A stretch of 64,000 nt of DNA. Origin: Rebecca billardiae RCC1528. Taxonomy: Eukaryota; Protista; Haptophyta. Every line of letters begins with the position of its first letter. The first letter of the stretch is position 1. Below, piece after piece: positions 12,682-21,732 of the stretch. Both the position numbers and the translations under genes were made by a program. The notes under the pieces were generated by a model that ran no database searches, was not told where the DNA came from, and saw only the letters and a list, made by a program, of their open reading frames with translations. The stretch is taken from the NCBI GenBank assembly GCA_965240325.2, contig OZ251230.1, forward strand, positions 1,240,001 to 1,304,000, read 5' to 3'.

Positions 12682-13914
12682 ATGGTGGACATGGACAGCC
12701 CCCCGCCCACGCGTCTCGACCCCGCGGCGTGGTGGCGGTCGCTGGGTTCGCCGCGGTACGTGCTCGCGCCGATGGTCGACCAGAGCGAGCTGCCATTTCG
12801 CCTCCTCTGCCGCCGCTATGGCGCGGAGCTGGGCTACACCCCCATGCTGCACGCCGCGCACTTTGCGAAGAGCGCTGCTCACCGCGAGCGCAACTTTGAC
12901 CCCGAGCCGAGTGGCGCAGACCGGCCGCTGATCGCGCAGCTCGCCGGCTGCGATGCCGCCACCCTGATTGCGGCCGCTCGCCACGTCGAGCCGCACGTGG
13001 ACGGCGTCGACCTCAACTTCGGCTGCCCCCAGAAGATCGCGGCGCGCGGCGGCTACGGCTCATTCCTTCTCGAGCGCGACTGGGATTGGCTCGTGTCCCT
13101 GGTCGCGGAGGTGGCGCGAGCGCTGCGCGTGCCGCTGAGCGTGAAGCTGAGGATCGTGCTGGACGCGGAGGGCCAGCCTGACGTCGCGCGCACCGTCGAG
13201 CTCTGCGGCCGGCTGCAGGCTGCGGGCGCGTCGATGCTGTGCCTGCACGGCCGCACGCGGCTGATGCTGCGCCGGCTGCAGCGTGAGGCGGACTGGGGGG
13301 CGATCCGCGCGGTGAAGCGCGCGGTCTCGATCCCGGTGGTCGCCAACGGAGGCGTGTACACCCTCGACGACGCCAACGCGTGCCTCGCGCACACGGGGGC
13401 CGACGCCGTCATGTCGGCCGAGGGCCTGCTCGAGGACCCTGCGCTCTTCTCGGGCCGGCAGCTGCCGCGCGCGCAGCTCGCTGAGGAGTACCTCGAGCTG
13501 GCGAGGCGGCACCCGCCGCCGATGCTGCGGCCGGTGCGGGCGCATCTGTTCAAGCTGCTCTTCGCGGACGTCGAGCTGAACAAGCCTCATGCGCGCGCCA
13601 TCTCCAAGGCGCGCTCGCTCGACGAGATCGACACGACCATGCGCGCGCTCGCCATGTGCCGAGCCACGCGGCTCGCGGCGGCAGGGCTGGCCGATGGCCG
13701 CGACCCGCCGAGTCACTCGTGGTATCATCGGCACCGCGAAGAGGCCGCGGCGGGGCGTCAGCGCCAGCCACTCGAGTCTGCCGAGTGCAACGCCTCGGCC
13801 GAGCCTGCGTTCGCGTCTTCGCGCCGGCACGCCAGCAGCGACTCGTCGGACGACGACGATGCAGAGGAGCGGCAGCGGCAGTGGATGCTCGAGCTCAGCG
13901 CCGATGACATCTAG
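12682..13914 (+). CDS. DUS1: tRNA-dihydrouridine synthase 1-like
   Basis: LAPMVDQSELPFRLLCRRYGA, YTPMLHA, DRPLIAQ, DLNFGCPQKIAARGGYGSFL, LHGRT, ANGG and MSAEGLL..PALF. Confidence 0.92.
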   Translation: MVDMDSPPPTRLDPAAWWRSLGSPRYVLAPMVDQSELPFRLLCRRYGAELGYTPMLHAAHFAKSAAHRERNFDPEPSGADRPLIAQLAGCDAATLIAAARHVEPHVDGVDLNFGCPQKIAARGGYGSFLLERDWDWLVSLVAEVARALRVPLSVKLRIVLDAEGQPDVARTVELCGRLQAAGASMLCLHGRTRLMLRRLQREADWGAIRAVKRAVSIPVVANGGVYTLDDANACLAHTGADAVMSAEGLLEDPALFSGRQLPRAQLAEEYLELARRHPPPMLRPVRAHLFKLLFADVELNKPHARAISKARSLDEIDTTMRALAMCRATRLAAAGLADGRDPPSHSWYHRHREEAAAGRQRQPLESAECNASAEPAFASSRRHASSDSSDDDDAEERQRQWMLELSADDI

Positions 13915-14896
13915 TTACTGCTCTTAGCAGCCCGCGGTCACGAGTCGTTGGTCACGGCCGGGTATTATTATTCGTCTACTATTACTCGTCGGATGTGACG
14001 CCACGTGCGAGCCTCAGAAGTCAGATGACCGCTGCCGTGACTGAGTCACTGACTGCGCGACCGCCGTGTCCGCCGTTCGTTCCGACGGCACCGACTTCAT
14101 TCACAGTCCCGGCCGGGCGGCCGGGCGGCCAACCGCGAATTCGTTCGGTCTGACTCTGATTCTGAAGACTGTAACCGACTGTAAACTTGCTATCAGTAAA
14201 CAACGGTTACCAGCACGCCGCACAATCAGCGCACAATATAGCTATATAACATTGAGTCGTGGTGCCAATCAGTCCGAGACTACCGGCCGTTAGGCGTTAC
14301 TCCGTAGTTGTACTAAATATTATCTATACGCAGACTGTCATACAAAGCCTGTAGACGGTAGAATCTGAGACTGAATGAGTAGTAAGACTGTGTCACTAAG
14401 TTACAAGTAGATTGATCATTGATTTACAGTGACACTGTCTTAGAGACTCTCGGATTCTGAGTCGTAGCTAGTTACTGAACTAGATAAGTGATTAAGTGAG
14501 AACCGTGCTGAGCCACGTAATAAGTGACACGTGCAGATGATTGACTGACAGACCGATTGGCGATTCACGAATCAATCACGGTGCAGTCGGCGTCGCGCCT
14601 AAGCCCCTAACCGTACTAATAGTGTTAGTTAGTTAATTCAGCAAAGTCACGACTGGGCGACTGGCGGACCTTCACCGTGACCTTGGCTGCTTGGAGTATT
14701 ACTATTAGCTACTACTCTACGAGCTAGTAGATAAGTACTAGCTCGGGTAAGTAGTACGCTAGTAGTAGGCTAGAGTGACTAGTGAAGAACGGTAGTAGTA
14801 GCAATTTAAAAATACATACGTACTAAATTAGTACTACTCTGTAGGTTACTGGGCAGTGGGCTACAACCCGCGAATCCGGTCGGTCGCAGTGTTAAG

Positions 14897-15751
14897 GACC
14901 CGTTGCACGGGTGAGTGACCGTAGGGCGGTGAAAATGCGACGTACCGGTGAAAATACGGTTTTGCAACTAGCGCTGGGCGATGGCGGCCGGGCGCGACGA
15001 ACCGAGCGGATTGGTGCACGGGGAATCCAATTCCCCGTGCACCAATCCAATCCGTTCGTCGCCAGGTGGTGCCGTTGCCGAGATCGAGCTGCAAAACCCT
15101 CAGCAGGTGGTCAAGAGAAGCCAAACGGGGAGGGCTGTCACAACGCGCGCGCCGCGGTGGGAAGAGAGAAGGACTTGCCTCCCAACTGCAGCTTTGGCAG
15201 CGTTCCCTCTTGCGGCAGTGGAAGCCGACGACGAGGAGGATGACGACGCAACTGCTGACGACTGCTGCGAAGCAGCAGCGGTGACACTCTGCGGTGCACA
15301 GCTGCCACCGCGCGCGCCGCGCGACCGCGGACTCGGGTCGGATGGCGACAGCAGCACCGAGCAGTCCTCATGAAGACGATGAAGCTGCGTGCACGGGTGC
15401 GCGAGGTGACAGGCGAAGCGCGCCGACGACACAGCACTTGACACGCCTGAGCGCACGCCCATGCTCGCTGAGCGCGAGCGCTGCAAGTGCAACTACAGTG
15501 CGCGCCGCGCTGCAAGTGGATGCAGGCTGTACTGCGGCGCTGCGTCCGCGGTCATCGTCTCTTCACTACTTGTCGACTGCTGCTGCGGCGGGCCGGGGGC
15601 ACTACCCGGCACGCGCGGCGTAGCGCGCTAAACGGAATGTGATGGTAGACGCACTGTCACGCTCCCGCCGCCGCCGCCGCCGCCGGCAAGACTATCGTCA
15701 CTCTAGGCCGCAGAAGTGTCGTTTTTTCGGCGCTCACGCTTGCAACGGGTC
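14897..15751. mobile_element. Non-autonomous TIR DNA transposon, 855 bp, 4-bp TSD (TAAG), copy 1
   Basis: Termini gacccgttgca...tgcaacgggtc flanked by taag at 14893-14896 and 15752-15755. Related ends occur at 39137 and 42059. Confidence 0.85.
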
Positions 15752-15977
15752 TAAGACTTAAGTAGTAATAAGTGCAGTGACACTCTCAGTGACCGTGAGC
15801 TGGCGAGTCTCGGACCCGAACAGAACAAGGTCGATGCGGCCCGCCCGGGGACGACGACGCCGCGCGATACTAGCTGATCTACACTCTGAGCAGTCTGACG
15901 CGCGGCGGCGCCCCCACGCTCGAACGCTGCTGCAGCCTGACGCCTGCCCCAAGTGTCACTGTCAGCGGTCCGGTGGC

Positions 15978-16522
15978 TCAAAACAAGCTGGTCGCATGTA
16001 GCACGCCCTTGAAATCGTCTGCGTTTAGCTGCCCATCGCCATCCGCGTCGAATTCGTCGATCATTGCCTGCAGCTCGTCCTCTGAGAGCGCTTCCCCCAT
16101 CTCGCGGCAGACGCGCTTCAGGTCACGGCGCGTGATAACGCCTGTGCCGTGCTCGTCAAACAGCGAAAAGGCCTGTGACAGCTTCTCGTGGGGTGGCCGG
16201 TCGAGATAAAACTGCGTGGCAATCTCGACGAATGCGTCGCGCGAGATGCGCCCACTCAACTCACGATCGTGCTCGCGGACAAGCTGGGCGAGCTCGGCTT
16301 TGCTCGGGTCAAAGCCTAGCGCGCGCAGGCAAACCTTGAGCTCGTTGTACGTGATGGATCCTGCGCGCCGGGAAGGGGTCTAGGTGAGGGGTGGGCCAGG
16401 CGTGGGCGGAGGAGCGCATAGCGCATACCGACGCCCGCCGTATCGAACATGTCGTACGCGTGGGTGAGCTCCTCGCGTTCATCACCGCTGAGCTCGTGCC
16501 GTTGCCACAGCACCTCCGCCAT
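15978..16522 (-). CDS. Centrin (centrin-3/Cdc31-like EF-hand protein); 2 exons (16522-16429, 16360-15978)
   Basis: ELTHAYDMFD..G.G|SITYNELKVCLRALGF, AFSLFDEHGTGVITRRDLKRVCREMGEALSEDELQAMIDEFDADGDGQLN and C-terminal TSLF. 68-nt GT-AG intron. Confidence 0.9.
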
Positions 16523-16637
16523 GATCCACACGAACCACCCGTCTTCTGGCGCCACCGTTCGATCACTTCGACCCGGCGCGCGCCCGTTGGCCGGGGCCGA
16601 AGCGCCCAGCCGCCACCCGGACATGAACGTGGTCGTC

Positions 16638-18038
16638 ATGGCTGCGGCCATGGCCTCGCGTCCACTCGACCGCGCGGCGCTCGCCGAGCGCATACAGCTC
16701 ATCGCGCTGCGCGTCCAGGCGAAGAAGTGCGGCCCGTTCATGCAGCGCCTCCGTGGGTGCGTCGCAGCCCCGAGCTCGCCCGACCCACGCCCACTGCGCC
16801 TGCGGCTGATCCCGGTGCCCGAACACCTCGCGCGCGCGCGCGCACGCAGGAGCATGCTGAACATGCCGCGCTTGCGCAACGTCGTCCCCGACACCGAGAG
16901 CTCGGCCCCGTCGGATTCGAAGCTTCTGCTCCTCAGCCCGACCGTCGTCGACCTCGAGCTGCGCGGCCTCGCCGACGAGCTCAAGGAGTTCGCCCTCGCC
17001 GAGGGCGCCACGCCCGTCCCGTATACGCTCACGCTGCCGTACGAGCACTTCCCTGCGGAGCACGTGCTGAGGAAGCTGCTGCCCGACGAGGTGGAGGTGC
17101 CCACCTCGTTCGAGACGGTCGGCCACATCATCCACCTCAACCTGCGCGCCGAGCACGAGGCGCACAAGGCGCTGATCGCGCAGGTGCTGCTGGACAAGAA
17201 CGCGCCGCGCATCCGCACGGTCGTCAACAAGGTCGACTCGATCTCGAACGAGTTCCGCGTCTTCCCGATGGAGGTGCTCGCGGGCGACGCCGAGATGGTG
17301 ACCGAGGTGAAGCAGCACGGCTGCACCTTCGGCCTCGACTACTCGAAGGTGTACTGGAACTCGCGGCTCGAGGCGGAGCACAGGCGGCTGATTGGCCAGC
17401 TCTCGCCGGCGGACATGCTGATCGACCTGATGGCGGGCATCGGCCCCTTCGCCGTGCCCGCGGCGAAGAAGGGCGTGGCCGTCTACGCGAACGACCTCAA
17501 CCCGGCGAGCTACGAGTGGCTCGTCAAGAACGTCGAGCGCAATCGCGTGCGCGGCGTCGTCTGCTCGTGCCGCGACGCGCGCGCGTTTGCTCGCGCGCTC
17601 ACGTCGAGCGCACCGCCGGACGAGCTTGCCGGCTTCGGCGCAGCGCTGCGACGGGTGCACGCAGGGGGCGGGCGCGTGCACATGACCATGAATCTGCCCG
17701 CGAGCGCCATCGAGTTCGTCGACGTGCTCCCCGGGCTCTTCCACCGGGGCCGCTGGGACGGGCCGCTGCCCACGGTGCACGTGTACTGCTTCTCCAAGGA
17801 GGAGGAGGCGGCGGCGGTGGACGACGTGCGCACGCGCACGGAGCGAGTGCTCGGCGCGGCCCTGGACGGGCGGTGCGACGTGCACGTCGTGCGCACCGTG
17901 GCACCGAATAAGCTCATGCTCTGCGTCAGCTTTCAGGTGCCGGAAGAGGTTGCGTGGGCGGCGGACACGGCAGACACGACGGGCGCAGGCGGCAACCCGG
18001 CAAAGCGAGCTAAGACGTCGTCGGACTCAGAGCAGTAG
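16638..18038 (+). CDS. TRM5: tRNA (guanine37-N1)-methyltransferase; probable in-frame intron 16757-16849
   Basis: PTSFETVGHIIHLNLR, RTVVNK..SI.NEFRVFPMEVLAG, FGLDYSKVYWNSRLEAEH, DLMAGIGPFAVPAAKKG, ANDLNP, MNLPASAIEF and VRTVAPNKLMLCVSF. Confidence 0.93.
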   Translation: MAAAMASRPLDRAALAERIQLIALRVQAKKCGPFMQRLRGCVAAPSSPDPRPLRLRLIPVPEHLARARARRSMLNMPRLRNVVPDTESSAPSDSKLLLLSPTVVDLELRGLADELKEFALAEGATPVPYTLTLPYEHFPAEHVLRKLLPDEVEVPTSFETVGHIIHLNLRAEHEAHKALIAQVLLDKNAPRIRTVVNKVDSISNEFRVFPMEVLAGDAEMVTEVKQHGCTFGLDYSKVYWNSRLEAEHRRLIGQLSPADMLIDLMAGIGPFAVPAAKKGVAVYANDLNPASYEWLVKNVERNRVRGVVCSCRDARAFARALTSSAPPDELAGFGAALRRVHAGGGRVHMTMNLPASAIEFVDVLPGLFHRGRWDGPLPTVHVYCFSKEEEAAAVDDVRTRTERVLGAALDGRCDVHVVRTVAPNKLMLCVSFQVPEEVAWAADTADTTGAGGNPAKRAKTSSDSEQ

Positions 18039-18348
18039 CAGGCTGCTGCTGCCCGCGGTTGGAACGTTAACGATGCGACGCTGACTCAGACGGACGACAC
18101 CGGCGTGCTCCGTCCGTGGTCCGCCGCGGCGAGCTAACCCACGACAACGGAGCCTCTCCTTGAACGCCAAACGTGTCGTTGGCCCGGCCACGACACCCTC
18201 ACCCTGTTGCCGCTGCAGGGATTCCGGTGGCGGGTGTGTCCGGAGGCACCCGAGTGGCGAGTTGACACTTATATTGTCACTTTCAACTTGACAGTGACGG
18301 CGAACCAGCGGGAATCAGCGATCAGAATCTCAGGCCGAAAAGGCCGCC

Positions 18349-19086
18349 ATGCCGGCCCTGCTCGCAACGACAATTCTCTTCTCGCTCGCCCTGCAAACCC
18401 CTGCAGGCCTGAGCGCGGCCACGTTGACCCCGTACACACCAGCGCAGACCGCGCAGAAGCGCATCCTGCTCCTCCGCCACGGCCGCACGGAGATGAACGA
18501 CTACTTGAAGCGCGTGCCGCACAACTCGAACAGCTTTGTCGACCCACTGCTTGTGGACACACGACTGACAGCGCTTGGCGAGGAACAGGCGGAAAATGCT
18601 GCGCAGGCCGTCGCGCGCGTGGGCTTTGACATCGACCTTGTCGTCAGCAGCCCGCTGAGTCGCGCGCTCGCTACGACGGAGCGCGCATTCGCTGGCGCGG
18701 AGCGCGTGATTGTCCATCCGACAATTGCCGAGCGGCAGTGGCATGCCTCCGATGTGGGACGTGAGCTCTCGGAGCTGCGAGCTGACTTTCCTCACGGGCG
18801 GTACGACTGGAGCTTACTCCCGCAGGCGGGTAGCTGGGGCTACGCGGAGCTGCGAGACCGCGATGGGACCACGCTGCCTCCGCCAGAGGAGCCGGAGGCG
18901 GCGTTCCTGTTCCGGCTGGAGCGATTCCGGGAGTGGCTGTGCAAGCGGCCCGAGGAGACCATTGCTGTCGTCACACACTGGGGCGCCATCCACGCTCTCG
19001 TGGGTGAGACGGTGCGCAACTGTGGCGTGGTCACGTGCGAGCTTCGAGATCTGCAGCCCGGGCGCTTTCTCCTCGGCGATGACTGA
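18349..19086 (+). CDS. Histidine phosphatase / phosphoglycerate mutase family protein with signal peptide
   Basis: ILLLRHGRTEMN, DTRLTALGEEQA, VSSPLSRALAT and IAVVTHWGAI. Confidence 0.88.
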   Translation: MPALLATTILFSLALQTPAGLSAATLTPYTPAQTAQKRILLLRHGRTEMNDYLKRVPHNSNSFVDPLLVDTRLTALGEEQAENAAQAVARVGFDIDLVVSSPLSRALATTERAFAGAERVIVHPTIAERQWHASDVGRELSELRADFPHGRYDWSLLPQAGSWGYAELRDRDGTTLPPPEEPEAAFLFRLERFREWLCKRPEETIAVVTHWGAIHALVGETVRNCGVVTCELRDLQPGRFLLGDD

Positions 19087-19407
19087 CTACAGACGCGCGC
19101 ATCATGTCGTCTTAGACGTATCAACTATCATTCATCGGCCGGACGCCGCCTCTCGCCAGTCTCGGCACCCGGCGAGCTTGTCGCTCAGTAGTCAGTGTAT
19201 TGCGTGACGAATGCGTAGAGTGTAGCTAGTCGTATCATAGACTGTACGTGCCCGAGTAATACGGCTAGCTCATACTCATCACTGCTGCCGTCTTGAGACT
19301 GATGTTATTGCTAGTAGAACGACTACAGTACACTCACTGTACAGTGTTCGAAGGCTCGGCGGGGCAACGATTACTCTCAGACGAGAGCAGCCTGCGGGCC
19401 CCGCCCG

Positions 19408-19989
19408 TCAGCCGAGGTCGAAGGAGTCTCGCAGCTCCGCCGCAATACATGACGACACGCGTGCCTTGCGCACCTGGGCGTCGTTGCCGTAGATGTGAGC
19501 GAGCACGCCACCAAAGGAGCGCTCCATCTGCGCGCAAAGGTCGCGCACGAGCTTCTGGCGGGCCGCGCTGTCTGCGGCGAGATGGTCCCAGTCCAGCGCC
19601 TGCTGCTGTGTGACCAGCTCTCGCGTGAGGACCGCAACGGCGTGCCTCTGCTGCTTCTTGTACGTCGGCGCTCTCCGGCGCATCATGTCCTGCCAGCGCT
19701 CAGCTACGACAGGCGTGATAGCGCCGGTGTCGTCGGCGTGTACGCGGAGCGTTCGTGCCATGCTGCGCGAATGTGCAGCGAGTTCCTGCAAGGAGTCGGA
19801 CAGCTCGGCTTGGCTCTGCGCGTGGCTGGCTTGCTCGCAAAGTACCGCCGCGCGCTTCAGCCCCTTGCGCGCGTCAGCCACGTCATAGCTGATGATGCTG
19901 TCCACCACCTCGGCAGCCGCGCGCGTGAACGCCACCAGCGCGGCGACTGCCTCCTCGCAGCCGTCGCTCGGTTGATGGTCCGACTCCAT
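19408..19989 (-). CDS. Hypothetical alpha-helical protein
   Basis: 193-aa ORF with ATG start and protein-like composition, divergent from the gene at 20039. Confidence 0.5.
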   Translation of the reverse strand: MESDHQPSDGCEEAVAALVAFTRAAAEVVDSIISYDVADARKGLKRAAVLCEQASHAQSQAELSDSLQELAAHSRSMARTLRVHADDTGAITPVVAERWQDMMRRRAPTYKKQQRHAVAVLTRELVTQQQALDWDHLAADSAARQKLVRDLCAQMERSFGGVLAHIYGNDAQVRKARVSSCIAAELRDSFDLG

Positions 19990-20038
19990 GCTGGCTGGCC
20001 CCCGGCACAGCTCGACACGCTCTCAGTCTCGTCGGACG

Positions 20039-21394
20039 ATGCACGCTGCCTGCGCCGTGCTGTGTGCCGCCGGCGCGGCGCTGGTCAGCGGCGAGGCGCT
20101 GATCTACGAGCGCCGCGTCTTCCCGCAGACGGCACCGCTCGTGTGCGCCACGTACATCTCGCACCACCGCTTCGACCTGCTCGAGCGCGCCATGCGCGCA
20201 AACTTTCGTCACTTTGACGAGGATGAGCCGGCATGGCTCACGTACGAGGTGGCATGGTTCGACAATGGCAGCGGCGAGCCCGCGCGCGAGTTCGCAAAGC
20301 GCGTGCAGGTGGAGCATGTGCAGCTCTCCGAGCACAACCTCGGGCTGCCCGCCGCCATCAACGCGCTCGTGCGCCGGCTGTGCACCGCCCCGTACCTGAT
20401 GACGCTTGAGGAGGACTGGGAGTTTGGTGGCGACGTGGGCGCGCCGCCTGACTGGCAGCCCTCGCCCGGGGCGCCAGCGACGAAGCTGATGGACACGCCC
20501 GCTCGACGCGTCGCCGTCGCCTCCGCGGCGGGCCTCCTCGCCGCCGACGCGCAGGCACCCGCCGGGCTCGCCGACCCGGGCACCGGGCGCACGATGCCGA
20601 TCCTTGGCGTCACGCTCCGCTCCGAGTCGCTGGATGCGTTCATCCGCGCACCGAGGCGGTCGGAGTGGCGCACGCGCGCAGTGCTCGCGCCGCCGATCGC
20701 CGGCGCCGGCGCGGACGCGTGGTACCGCACGGTCGAGTACCGCACGTACTGCCTCGACTGGCGCTCGAACCAAGTGTTTGCGGCGTACACGAACGGCGCG
20801 GCGCTGTACAATCGCTCGCGGCTGCTCGGGCTCGGGCCCATGTACGGGGACCCGGACGGCGTGCCCAACCCGCCGGGCGAGCGCGTGTTCCATGACGCCC
20901 ACGCGCGCGTCGGCCGCGCCGGCTTCCCCTCGCACTACGGCGAGACCAACTACGCGGTGCGCGCGGGCATGCGCTACTGCTCGGCCACGCTGAGGCTGGA
21001 GCCGGGCTGCGAGGGGACGCCCGACACGGTGGGCGGCACGTGCAGCGCGGCGTTCGTGCACACTGGCGCGGGGCGTGGTTACGGGCTGGAGAAGAAGAAG
21101 GCGGCGAAGACCCCGGAGGACGCGGACCAGGTGTGGATGTATTACGGCACGCCCGTCTACGACGCGGCCGTCGCCGCGGCGAGGCTGATGGCCCACGACA
21201 GCGTCGACCAGACGGTGCAGGGCCTGCAAGCTGCGATCGGCCTCGCGAGCACGAGTGGCGTGATGGCGGCGGCGCGCGCGGAGGGCGTGCTCGGTGCTCC
21301 ACCCGCGGCTCAATCGTGCCCCGCCATCGGAGACGGGAGCGACGATCGTAGCGCGGGCGAGGCCGAGGATGTGGCTGTCACAGGCACAGCATGA
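20039..21394 (+). CDS. Secreted or membrane-anchored glycosyltransferase-like (GT-A/GT2-like) protein
   Basis: Signal peptide. YEVAWFDNGS, HNLGLPAAINAL and PYLMTLEEDWEF (DxD-like) match the GT2 N-terminal fold pattern. Confidence 0.6.
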   Translation: MHAACAVLCAAGAALVSGEALIYERRVFPQTAPLVCATYISHHRFDLLERAMRANFRHFDEDEPAWLTYEVAWFDNGSGEPAREFAKRVQVEHVQLSEHNLGLPAAINALVRRLCTAPYLMTLEEDWEFGGDVGAPPDWQPSPGAPATKLMDTPARRVAVASAAGLLAADAQAPAGLADPGTGRTMPILGVTLRSESLDAFIRAPRRSEWRTRAVLAPPIAGAGADAWYRTVEYRTYCLDWRSNQVFAAYTNGAALYNRSRLLGLGPMYGDPDGVPNPPGERVFHDAHARVGRAGFPSHYGETNYAVRAGMRYCSATLRLEPGCEGTPDTVGGTCSAAFVHTGAGRGYGLEKKKAAKTPEDADQVWMYYGTPVYDAAVAAARLMAHDSVDQTVQGLQAAIGLASTSGVMAAARAEGVLGAPPAAQSCPAIGDGSDDRSAGEAEDVAVTGTA

Positions 21395-21732
21395 CGATGA
21401 TCATATTATGATGAAGCCCGCCAGCAATCATGAATCAATCACTGCTATATATACAAATAATAATGTAATACAATCACTGTGACTGATGCTGTGGCATCAG
21501 TCGTCCGGCCGGTAAATTATTAACCCTGAGTTACGACCGGAGTACGCGTCGGACGCGCTGGTGCCAGATGATGAGTACGTGGCAGAACGAAACTAGGCGC
21601 CGCCGCGCCGAGGGCGAGTGCGGAGCGACTCACTGCCAGGACCGAGTGGCGTGCGCGCCGTGCGCCGACGCATGATAATATCGCGCGCGCGCTCAGTAGA
21701 CGACGACTGCGACTCATCAAAGTATCCGTCGC

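Noticed and set aside
12682-18038. Dus1 and Trm5 as a tRNA-modification cluster
   Set aside because: Only two genes, separated by a TE and centrin. Chance adjacency is sufficient without synteny data.
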